Part shown: positions 1 through 11,111 of the stretch, in pieces
Layout of the letters: each line of letters starts with the position of its first letter
How positions within the stretch are numbered: the first letter of the stretch is position 1
Source: Azolla caroliniana
Taxonomy: Eukaryota; Plantae; Polypodiophyta
Direction of reading: 5' to 3'
Assembly (NCBI GenBank): GCA_043228905.1
Contig: JBHGNT010000015.1
Span: 12,152,001 to 12,216,000 of the forward strand
Length of the DNA: 64,000 nt
Program-made: the position numbers and the translations under genes
Notes under the pieces: model-generated
What the model was told of the DNA's origin: nothing
Database searches by the model: none
Seen by the model: only the letters and a program-made list of their open reading frames with translations

Positions 1-141
1 TGTATTTATGTATGTGTATGTACATATCTACATATGATAATATATATTCATGTTTAGTCAGTATGCATGTATAAATGGGTGTAATGTATGTATATACATA
101 TTTATGGATGTAATGTTTAAATGTAGGTACATATATGCATG

Positions 142-173
<32 letters not shown>

Positions 174-190
174 TGTATGTATGTATGCAT
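1..190. repeat. (TATG)n / AT-rich microsatellite
   Basis: Near-perfect TATG run at about 142-186 with degenerate TATG/TGTA units upstream. Confidence 0.9.
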
Positions 191-3100
191 GCCACTCCAA
201 ATTTGACTATTGTTTGTACAATATATTCTTTATTATCTCATTGAAATATCTAATATTTGATGGGCTTATGTAATTTTTTTCTATAGCATAATTGATAATA
301 CCCTTATGTGAATATAATTTTTATGCATTTGTTAATACCCTTATATATATATACATTCTGTATCTCAATGGTTAATTTAAACCCCTTTTGATGAACTCAC
401 GTGCTATCATACAAGTTTTCACAGTGACGCCCCCGGGGGTTCCGCTTCCTGCGACCCATCTGGTTCCGCGCACCTCGACCTCCTTGGTCGGCTTGTTTAC
501 TCGGCAGGCCCATGTCAGCTCACTCACAACCGCGACTCCGGCGCTTGTCGACCCGTCAGTTCCTTCATGTTGGCATCGACTTCCGTTGCCTCTTAGTCTG
601 CATGGCCTTTAGTTGATCTAGCTCTTCCGAATCCAACTATTGAACCGAATCGGGTGTCTCCGATTCATTCTAGCTCTTGTCCAAATCAGTCGCTTCCGAT
701 TCATTCCAGCTCTTGTCTAAGTTGGTGTTCTCCAACTCGTCTCTGGTTTTCAAGCCCTTCACCACATCAGACCACGTCTAGGTCTTGGCCTTCTTCTTCC
801 GGTCGGCTCTGTCCTTTTTTACTTTGCCACCTCTGCCACTTGCTCCGACTTGTTCAGATGTGTCAACTTAATCTGTCGTCTCAACTTCCTTTTTCCTCTT
901 GTCTCTCCCTGTGTTGGTTCTTCCCTCTTCGGCTCCTTGTTCGGTACCATCACCAATTTCTTTGCCTTTACCTGTTCTCCCCCTCAAGTGCGGCACGTCG
1001 AGATGCTGAATGTTGAGCATCTCCGAAAAATGTTGCAACTTGTCTGATCCGAGCGGCTTGGTGAAGATATCGACAACCTGCTGATCCATGTGAACATACC
1101 GAAGTTCAACTTCACCGCTCAGGACCCACTCACGAACAAAGTGATAATGCACTTCTATGTGCTTTGTCGGAGCATGGAATACAAGGTTCTTGGCAAGCTA
1201 AATGTTGCTCATGTTGTCACAATAGATCAAGATTGGGGTTAGTACCTCAATCCATAGGTCTTGTAGCAGTTGTCGAAGCCAAATGGCTTCACAGGTGGCA
1301 ACGGTAGCGCCCTGGTATTTAGCCTCAATGCTCGACAAAGCCACTGTTGGCTGTTTTTTGCTGCTCCACGCAACAATCGCCCTACCAAGAGAAAACATGT
1401 AACCGGAGGTGGATCGACGGTCCGATGCATCACCAACCCAGTCGGCATCTATGTATCCGACTAGCTCTTTAGTTAGACCATACCAGTATAACAGTCCCCT
1501 GTCCTTCGTGCCACTCACATATCACAATATTCGATGTGCGCACTGAAGGTGCTCCACGGTTGGCTTCTGCATGAACTGGTTGATCACTCAAACCAGATAA
1601 CTGATGTCGGGTCGAGTGATTTTCAAGTATATGAGGCTCCTGACAATCTGTCGGGTGATTGCAGGCCGGTCCGGAGTCGGGACCAAGCTTCTGATTCCGG
1701 TCCAGGGGTGTGGAGACAGGTCGGCATTCCGTCATGCCGAACTTGTACAGCATAATCAACACATAATGACGTTGTGAGAGCAATATGTCGTCGGGGGTTC
1801 AGATCAGCTCGATCCCAAGAAAATAATGAAGGCCCCCCAGGTCCTTCATTTCAAATGCATCCAATAGCTGGGAGGGACTTCACGCGGCCGATTTCATCGA
1901 GTTTGGGTCCGGTGATGACTAGATCATCTACATAAAGCAAGATGCAAACCGGACCGTTCGGATCTTTCTGGATGAACAATGAAGAGTCAGACTTAGAGGC
2001 CACAAACCCCACCTTACGCAATTGGTGCATGATCTTCGCATTCCAAGCTCGAGGGGCTTGTTTCAGACCGTAAAGTGACTTCTTGAGTCGGCACACCATC
2101 GACTTGTTCAACTCCGAATGAAAACCGGGGGGTTGGTTCATATAGACCTGTTCTTCAAGGTCGCCTTAAAGAAACACATTCTTCAAATCCATCTGGTGAA
2201 GATGCCATCCCCGTGCCAGAGCTACCGCCAATACCACACGAACGGTTGTCATCTTCGCTACCAGAGCAAAGGTCTCGTCATAGTCAATTCCATGGGTCTA
2301 TGCATATCCCTTCGCCACTAACCGGGCCTTGTACCGGTTGACCGAACTATCAGCATTGTACTTTACTTTGTACACCCACTTACAACCGATCGGTTTACAG
2401 TGTCACGGAGGGTCAACTAGGTTCCATGTGTCGTTGGCATCTAGTGCCCACATTTCTTCCTCCATAGCAACATGCCAATTTGCGTCTTTTGTTGCTGCTA
2501 CGTAGCTCTTTGGCTCACGCACTTCCGCCACCTTGGTCATGTACGCGTAGTGATACGCCAGGTACTCATTGTACCTATATCTCTTTACGGGGTTCTTCTA
2601 GCGTGATGATCGGCGTAACTTTACATTACCCGGTTTACTGCCCTTCTTGGCCGGTTCAGACTTCGTTTCTAAAGGTCCGTCTTCATTCTGTCCAAAGTTG
2701 GATTCCCACAGATCCGACGTTTCACTACCGGTTTTGAACACCGGCATCTTTTTCTTCCCCTTCTCTTTGCGCGTAAACCGTCTCCTCAGTTCCTTGCACA
2801 GGGCAAGCATGGAAAAGTCTCCACTACTCGTCGGTTCTTCATCGAATTGGTCAATTTGACCCAGTCGCTTGTTGGGCCTGCTCAACCGAAACGATTCCCA
2901 ACTCTCTTCTAGAGTACCAAACTCTTCATCCTCTATCTAGACTGCTTCGGGCTCACTAGCCTCATCTTCCGGAATCGGGTCTTCGTTAGGAGTTGGAGTC
3001 GGTAGGGAGTACCATGATGCCAACTCATCAAACTCGACATCTCAGCTTACTCGGACCTACTTAGTCTGGGGGTTATAGCACTTATACCCCTTCTGTTCAT

Positions 3101-6032
3101 GCGCGTAGCCAACTAGGATGAACTTCTCCAACTTCAGATCTAGCTTCCTCCGCTTCTCATCCGGTACATGCACATATGCTATGCTACCGAATATCCGAAG
3201 GTGCCTCAAATTCAGCTTGTGCCCGAAATACAACTCGTGTACAAACACATTGTCTCTGATCTAGTTTTGGATGTAGACGGTCGTCCGGACCGCCTCAACC
3301 CAATAGAATTTGGGCATGCTCTTCTCCTCCAGCATTGCCCTCGCCGCGCTGACAATCGACCGGTTCTTCCTTTCGGCCACACCATTTTGTTCCGGTGTGT
3401 ATCTGCAGGTGAATTCTCTCTTAATGCCCTTCTGCTCCAGATAACTGTTGAATTGGCCGGAAAAGTATTCTTTTACGCCATCCGACCGCAGGCACTTGAT
3501 CTTCCTCTCCGTTTCCCACTCAACTCGGGTTTGAAGGTTCCGGAAACATTCGAAGAATTCACTCTTCCTCTCAATGAGGTAGATCCATGTGTGCCGGCTA
3601 TAGTCGTCGATGAAGGAGACGAAGTATCGACTCCTGCCAAGACTAACATTTTGTGCCAGTCCCCATACATCCGAATGGATTAAATCGAGCTTGTTACGGC
3701 TCCGGTTTCGTTCGGTGGGGAATGGAAGCTAGTGTTGCTTCCCGAATTGGCAAGCTTCACAAATTTGGGTCTTCCGGCCACTGAATTCCAGCAATCCGAA
3801 CACAACTTGTTTCGATTGCAGGTCCTGAAGCCTCTAGTAATTGGCATGACCAATCCGCTTGTGCCAGAGATCGATGTCTGATTCAATCTTCTGTCCTTTG
3901 GTAAACAAGGCGGTGTCGACGTCGTTGGTATCGAGGATGAACATCCTCCCATCTCTGTGCCCTTGCACAATTATCTGGCCCTCTTCCTCAATGAAGCACT
4001 TGAGGTGCGTAAACCGCACCTACATCCCCTGGTCGACGATTTGTCCGACTGACACCAAGTTCTTTGTGATAGTCAGAACGTGTAGTATGTTCATCAGCTT
4101 CCCCCTTTGTTGAACATGGCTCAAAGGGACTTCTTCGACATGCACAATTGGGTGAGTGTCATCTCTAGTCTCGACAACTCCCGATTGTTCCGGTTTATCT
4201 AAAAATGAGAACCACTCCTCATGGCTCATCATGTGGTTGGACACTCTGGAATCAACATACCATACGTCCTCCGATTTGGAAGTAGTCTTCTTCATCGAGT
4301 TAGCCTTGTGCTTCATCACGAAGGTTGGCCCCTTTCCGGTTTTCCCGGTTCTAGATCCTTCCGATGCTTCAGCGCAGTGCGAGCTTTGCCGATTTTCCCG
4401 ATCAGCTTTGCCGGATCCAAATTTGTCCGAATCGGCGCGTTTCTTCCAGCACTCATTTTCCTTGTGACCTTTCTTGCCATAGTACCAGCATTCCGTGTTG
4501 GCCTTTCCTTGTCGGTTCCTGGCGCCTTTATGACTCCCCTTGCTTGTGGAGGGTCTGGAACTGTTGTCGGCACTGTTTTTGTGCCTTCGGTCCTACTCTT
4601 GCCGGCCACCTCCATTGTGTGCCGACCCACCTCGTCCTCCACGCCCATGAGGCCGATCCGCCTCCATGTACAACATCCGACTGTCCCATTGAGTGGTCCT
4701 AGACCCACTTGCGTTGTTTTCTTCGATCATCAGCATCGATAACAAGTCGAAGAAGGACGGTGGTTTCTCCCAAGTGCAAATCGTCGTCTAGATTGGCCCG
4801 TACCGTTGTGCTAGACCACCGAGGCAGATTTGGACCATCTTGTCTTCGTCCACCGTCACGTTGGTGGACCCGAGCATGTCACAAATCTCCTTTATTTTGT
4901 TGTAGTCCGTAACTGACATGTCTTTTTGCCAGATGTTGTTCAACTCTTGCTGGAGCTGCAACTTACGGGCTATGGTACTTACGGTGAAAATCTTCCGGAC
5001 ATTTTCCCAGGCCTCCTTTGGCGTCTTTGCATCCTTGATGTAGCCGAGCATCTGATCGTGCACACAGGACGTGGGGCAATACAACACTCGGCTCGCTCCT
5101 TGCTCCCATGCCGAGGAGTCGTTGTGTGTTGGCTCTGATGCTACCTCGTTAGTTCCCTCCACATAGCTCCAATATCCATGCCCCATTAGGTACTGGTGCA
5201 TTTTATACAACCAGGACGCATAGTTGCCCCGGTCGAGCTTTTCTGTGGGAAGTGAACTCACCATACCTCTATCCATCCCTTTCTCTGTTTGTTCTCACCG
5301 GGTATTAGGGTTTGTCTTTCAAAAGCATCTATCGGCTACAAAGGTTCTCAACCCTCGCGCTTTGATACCATGTAAAAGTTAGTGTGCAGAAGTGTTTGAC
5401 AAACTAGCTCTACCGAATAGTAACAGTAAAGAGAAGAAGGTTTAATGGAACCTTAACACTGAGAATATGCACAAGAGAGACAAAGAGAGAGCAGAACATA
5501 AAACTCTATTATCAAATATTAACACTCTGTAACAATATACATACAACGTGCTTAACAACACTATTTATACAAGTCCTCAAAAGGACTGACAGAAGTACTA
5601 TGTACTTCAATGGTTATACGATGTCGAGGTATTCCTCGCGTGCGTGTAGAAGGGGCGGGACCGCGGGGGTCTTGGACTAGGGAGTGGAGGAGAAAGAATA
5701 GGACATGATATGGAGGCTTAGCTCAAGAGGAGAAGAGGAAAGAATAAGACCACGACATCGAAGGAGAGATCGGCGGAGGCAAGATGCTCAACAAGTTACA
5801 TTAAGACAACGAACGGTTACAACAGTGGTGGCCGCCATGGCCGCCCCAAAATGACTATCCGAAAACCCTAAAGGGAAACCCAAGAAGAAAACCCTAACCG
5901 AAACCCTAACCCTAAACGAAAAGGGAAGAGGGAGAACCCCTCGACTAAGTGGTATACCTTACTCGCACAAAATAGGCAACCCTTTCATAAGTGACCCCTC
6001 CCCTCCTTTTATAGCCCAAGGAGGGAGGGACC

Positions 6033-9000
6033 TTACAATGTGGGACAAAATGTCCCCTCTCTTTCTATACACCATATCCTAGTATACATGTGCACATGTT
6101 GCACACCACCGACTTGCCCCTTCCACCCCGGTTTCCGCCTATGGACGAAAATCTTCACGACATCCACCCCCACCAAACCGCACATCCACCGGTATGTGCC
6201 AAGAAAGGAAAAGGGTGAGAGATTTCGTCCACGGTGATCAACCGGGTCTTTCGCCTTACCGGCACCCAACCGCCTTGCCGGTCCCTTGTTGGCGCCGATC
6301 CGTCTTGCCGGCCCCGACCCGCCGACTCCATCCGATCCACACGTCCACCGCGTTTCCCCGAACCGTCGGCTCCATCCGATCCGCCATGTCCGGCGCATGC
6401 ACCTTCTTCTTCGACCGGCCATCCCGAACACCGTTGTCGATCCGGTCTCCCTTCCTTCGCTCACCGCGCATGTCCTCCGGTTAGACCCCTGATTACTTCG
6501 ATTGCTCGTCGGGTGCCGCTCCTCGCGTATCGCGTGTGTTCCACCTCCGGCTCGACCTTCTCCTCGCCCCGAACACCTCGTATCGACTCCCTTCGTTCTG
6601 CACTCGGCTTCCGTAGGCACTTTCCGTGCGTCGTTGTCGTCCATCGAATGCGTGCTCGTTCTTCAGTCCTTACGTGACCCCATTACGCGCTCCTTGCTTC
6701 TCCCTTGCTCGTCGTGCTCTCTCGTCGTAGAGCGTACCGTCATCCCGACCTCCGTGTCGGTGTCCCTCGAGGCTCTCGTTACCGCCTCACCTCGGCTTGC
6801 GCCCTCTTGGCCCGCTTGGCCTTGTATGTCCTCCGGGAAGCCGCTGCGTTTTCTCTTCCCGGTGTGTACCCCGTTGTTCTCCGCGCACCATCCTTCGCTC
6901 TCGCCACCCATCCGCCGATCTCGGCACCTTACGGATTCGTCTCTCGCCGCGTGCTTGTCTCTCAAAGGCTCGACCGGTCCACCGTTGCCGGTCACTCGTT
7001 GCCGCTCTTCCAGGTGCATGCTTACCTCTTGGCCCTTCGCTGGCCGTAGTGCATGCTCCGTTTTACGCGCCTCATCCGTCGTAGACCCGACCTCCGCGTT
7101 GGTCTCTTCGTCCTTTCTTGCCGTAGCCCCTTTCGACTCCGGCTTGCCGTCTTGGCCGTGCTCATCCGTCTTCACGCACCGGGTACCCGTTCTAGTGGCC
7201 TCGTCAGTTCCGGTCTCCGACTCCTCACCGCCACCAATCGTGTCTCCGGTCTTATGTTGATCCGCAACCGCTGAAGTCTCAAGGATAGATGTGGAGGGCT
7301 CCTCTCGCTCTCGGTCTTCTGCCAAGCCGTAATCACCGTGCCCGGTTAGCTTCCTTCTCGCGCTCACCGGCTCCCACCGGGTGTTGTGGCCCGTTCGCCT
7401 CGACCTCCAACCGTGCCAACTTTGCCTTCGCCCGGATCGGTCTCGGCCGATCGAGTTCCGGTTAGGTCGGCTCCCTTCCGTAATCGTAACCGGCCGGTAG
7501 ATGTTTGTCCGAACAAATCCGACCTTGCCAGCTCTTCTTCGGTTCGGGCCCGGTTGACCAGACCCAGCTCCAATGTTCTTCCGCGTCGTCTTCCGGTCAT
7601 GTCGGATTATAGACCGGTCCATCTTCCGGTCAGGTCGGTTCCCTACTCTCTCCTCTTTGCCGCTCCCGACCTCTCCGTCGGTCCTCTCGTATATGCCCGT
7701 TCCAGGCCTCGCATCCTCATCTTCGTACGTGTTCGCTCCGGGCCACACCTCCTCACGGCCACCGCCCTTCTCTCCGGTCTTATGTTGGCATTCGAGCGCA
7801 ACCGCCGTAGTCTCCAGTCTCGGTGTCGAGAGGTCTTGCCTCCGTCCGCTATGACCTTCCTCGTCGTCGTTTCGATCGTCCGCTTTGCCGCCGCCACCTT
7901 CCGTCTCTCCGGTCTCACGTGGGCTCTCGGGGCCGACTGCCGAAGTCTCTTGAATAGGTGTGGGAAAAGTCCCGATACCGTTACTCGCCGATGCCATGTT
8001 CGTAGCCACCTTCGTTCAGACGTCGTGGTCCGTGGCTATCTCTTCCTCGTTCTCTTCGTCGCCGTTGTAGGCCGCCTTGCCGCCACCACCGCCCGTCGCT
8101 CTAGGTCTCACGCCGGCACTCGGGCCGGCCGCCGGAGCCTCTAGGACCGGTGTGGGTAAGGACCCGGCACCGCCACTCGTTGTGTCAGTAGCCGCTTCCA
8201 TCCGGTCGTCGTTGTCCGCGGCTACCCCATCTCCGATTCCGCAAACCTCGATTACGCTTGCCACCATCTCTCCCATGCCGTCGTCTCGGTTGCCCGCCTT
8301 GCCGCCGCCACCGTCCGTCACTCTAGGTCTCACACCGGCTCTCGGGCCGGATGCCGGAGTCTCTAGGACCGGTGTGTGTAAGGTCGCGGCACCGCCGCTT
8401 GTCCGCTCCTCACTCAATGTTTCGGGCCGCCATGTCCCGAATCCGTAGTTACCGGCCTCCATGGCCATCCCTTCACCGCAAGGCAAGAGGGTCGCTTGCT
8501 CCGCACCCTCTCCTATCTCGCCGTCGTACGCTCTCCCGGCCTCCGTATAGGCCCCATCTTCTACGCTTAGGGAGGCTTCTTCCTCCGTATCCTCCGATCG
8601 CCTCCGGCCCGACTCCATAATAAGCCCTTCTTCGGCTCCGATTTTCACCTTCACAAGCTCGCATGCCTCTCGTATTAGCGCTTCTAGGTCGAGCTCCTCC
8701 GAGCCGTTTTGCGTTGAGCTCTCTTCCGGCGGTAGTGCGTACTCACTCGCCACTCTCTCTTCTCTGCCGCTCGCGGGCCACGTTGTTGCCGACCGCTCCC
8801 CAACGGGTTGCCGGCATACCCACTCCGATTTCGCGTATCCGCACGCTTCCAATAGGGCTACCTTCAAGGACACCCACGACCCGTGAGCTTCTCGTAGCTC
8901 CTTGACCTCCTTGTGCACCGATGCGGCCACCACTCGAGGAAAATACTCTAGCCGCATCTCCTCGTCCACGCCCCCTTTCGCCATCTCGGCATCGTACGCT

Positions 9001-9161
9001 TCCAAGAACCTCGGGACATCGTCCCCTTTGAATCGGCCGACTCGATCGACCACCCTTTCGACGGCTTGTTGAGCCGCATCTCGCTTCGCCATCTTCCGTC
9101 CGGCTTCCATCACTATTTTTGCCATCATCTCCTCGAAGTCCAAGTCTTCTTCCATCTCCAT
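6033..9161 (-). pseudogene. Gag-N-terminal-like domain followed by a long repeat-containing low-complexity tail; one frame broken by two TGA codons
   Basis: ORFs 8016-9161, 6663-8009 and 6033-6644 are in the same frame, each separated by a single TGA. The N-terminus (VDRVGRFKGDDVPRFLEAY..FPRVV..SW) aligns by eye to gypsy Gag (VGTIGRFTGKDATKYLASY..FPRVA..TW). Confidence 0.75.
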
Positions 9162-9177
9162 GCTCCCTTGCCGCCCT

Positions 9178-9194
9178 TCACGTCGGGTTCACCA
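9178..9194 (-). promoter_or_regulatory. tRNA-Trp primer-binding site
   Basis: The + strand reads TCACGTCGGGTTCACCA, the 3' end of plant cytosolic tRNA-Trp as I recall it; it lies 4 nt from the LTR. Confidence 0.85.
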
Positions 9195-9945
9195 AAGATG
9201 TCGAGGTATTCCCCGCGTGCGTGTAGAAGGGGCGGGACCGCGGGGGTCTTGGACTAGGGAGTGGAGGAGAAAGAATAGGACATGATATGGAGGCTTAGCT
9301 CAAGAGGAGAAGAGGAAAGAATAAAACCATGACATCGAAGGAGAGATCGGCGGAGGCAAGATGCTCAACAAGTTACATTAAGACAACGAAGTGTTACAAC
9401 AGTGGTGGCCGCCATGGCCGCCCCAAAATGACTATCCGAAAACCCTAAAGGGAAACCCAAGAAGAAAACCCTAACCGAAACCCTAACCCTAAATGAAAAG
9501 GGAAGAGGGAGAACCCCTCGACTAAGTGGTATACCTTACTCGCACAAAATAGGCAACCCTTTCATAAGTGACCCCTCCCCTCCTTTTATAGCCCAAGGAG
9601 GGAGGGACCTTACAATGTGGGACAAAATGTCCCCTCTCTTTCTATACACCATATCCTAGTATACATGTGCACATGTTGCACACCACCGACTTGCCCCTTC
9701 CACCCCGGTTTCCGCCTATGGACGAAAATCTTCACGACAACGAGTGGCTGACACTAACTACAAGGACTCAAACTACCTAGTAGTCTAGGAGTATAGGCTA
9801 CTACTAGCCTTCCGGTTCACGTTTGAATCCGTCTCACCGATCCGACTCCTGGTTCTGGATACCGATCCGGCTCTTCGCTCCGAATGCCGATCCGGCTCTG
9901 GCTTATTCAACCGATCCGGATCCGGTTGAGCTTGCTCGCTCAACA

Positions 9946-11111
9946 CAATTCTATCCAGCTTCTACCATTCAAGCGACTTGTATCCTTCTAGAGCGTTTTC
10001 GTTTTCGATAGGGTCGATTTGCCCCTTGACTATCAGGTAGCCTTGCATCTGCTCCTTCTAGAAGTTGAAGTTTGATTCGTCAAACTTCCTCAGACTCATC
10101 TCTAACAAGTCGGATGTTGATGCCATCTGTGTAAGTAGGGTGAACTCTGTTCGTGGTCGACTACGAACGGTGGTTGGGTGCAGCCGACTGGCTCACCCGA
10201 ATTGTTCTAGTTGGATTTGAACACAAGTTTAACTGATTTTGACTTATTGACGAATTCTGTTCGAGGTGGTTACAGTTGATTGACTTAGCCGAATTGAACA
10301 CTAATGTGCCGATGAGTTGTTAGGATTTCGAATGTTGCGAGATTCGATCCAGAGTGACTACGACTGATCACCCTAGTCGAATTGGATCCGAATTTTGTTG
10401 ATTTCGAGATATTGATCACAGACTTTTGTGCTGATTAACCAAGTTGATCCTGTTTCGGGTGACTGCAACGATGAGAGGGACAGAGCCGACTAGTCCTCCC
10501 GAATGTCATTTAGCCAAATGAAACACAGATTGGGGTTGTTCCCTGGAGTTGACTTTGCTTTGAGTGATTACAGTGAGTGAGTGAATACTATCGGATGACC
10601 TATTCGATTTTCGCCTAACCGAATGAAGGGTCTCACTCCAAGCGACGACAATCACAAAATCGAAGTGCAGCTGACTTACTTACTTCAAGAGTGATTTCGA
10701 ACAATGGGGTGTAGACCTTCAATTGTCTCTCTTGTTGATGGAGAGTGATCACAAAGTAGATGGTGGCAACAAAATCGAGAACACCAAGCTCTGATACCAA
10801 ATGTTGGGAACGTGGTCATCTAGTGCGGAACAAATCAACACTCTTCTAAAGAGAAGATCATAAATGGATACACGCAAGGTAGATTGATGGCAATAGAAAC
10901 AGAGAATGATCATCAACTATAATGCAAGAGAGAGACGTTATGCACAAGATGAACTATATTTTCAACAAACACAAAACTAAGTTACAAAGTTAGTTTATAT
11001 ATTAACTAACTGAGGGCAACTACCCTTGACACTATTTACATAAATAGCCGAAACCTAGTGTGTACAAAAGGAGACAATGTGAATACGTTCATTAGAGACT
11101 CACATTCAACA
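9946..11111 (-). mobile_element. Ty1/copia family C, copy C1: 5' LTR, long leader and start of gag only
   Basis: LTR 10802-11111 (TG..CA), PBS GCTCTGATACCA at 10788-10799, gag start (MAST..MSLRKFD) near 10125 homologous to the gag start near 50421. Interrupted by copy A1. Confidence 0.8.

Larger units (their letters stand above)
5622..9739 (-). mobile_element. Non-autonomous (Pol-less) gypsy-lineage LTR element
   Basis: 541-bp LTRs at 5622-6162 and 9199-9739 (TG..CA, about 6 mismatches). 4-bp TSD ACGA at 5618-5621 and 9740-9743. tRNA-Trp PBS at 9178-9194. PPT and hairpin at 6163-6200, as in the autonomous gypsy copies. No RT, RNase H or integrase motifs. Confidence 0.9.
421..9945 (-). mobile_element. 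Ty1/copia family A, copy A1: decayed, 3'-truncated, 5' LTR split by an insertion
   Basis: Minus-strand ORF fragments in copia order: Gag (PTEKLDRGNYASW, 4788-5276), protease (WYVDS), GAG-pre-integrase (LWHKRIGH), integrase, RT ([18 protein letters not shown]), RNase H (CDN, DIFTKPL). tRNA-iMet PBS at 5359-5370. 5' LTR is 5371-5621 plus 9744-9945. No 3' LTR. Confidence 0.9.

Noticed and set aside
50-244. ORF with CMYV repeats
   Set aside because: Translation of a (TATG)n microsatellite.
6234-8905. Plus-strand ORFs of 120-250 aa within the Pol-less element
   Set aside because: Ser/Pro/Arg-rich shadows of the minus-strand frame in high-GC DNA; no recognisable domain.
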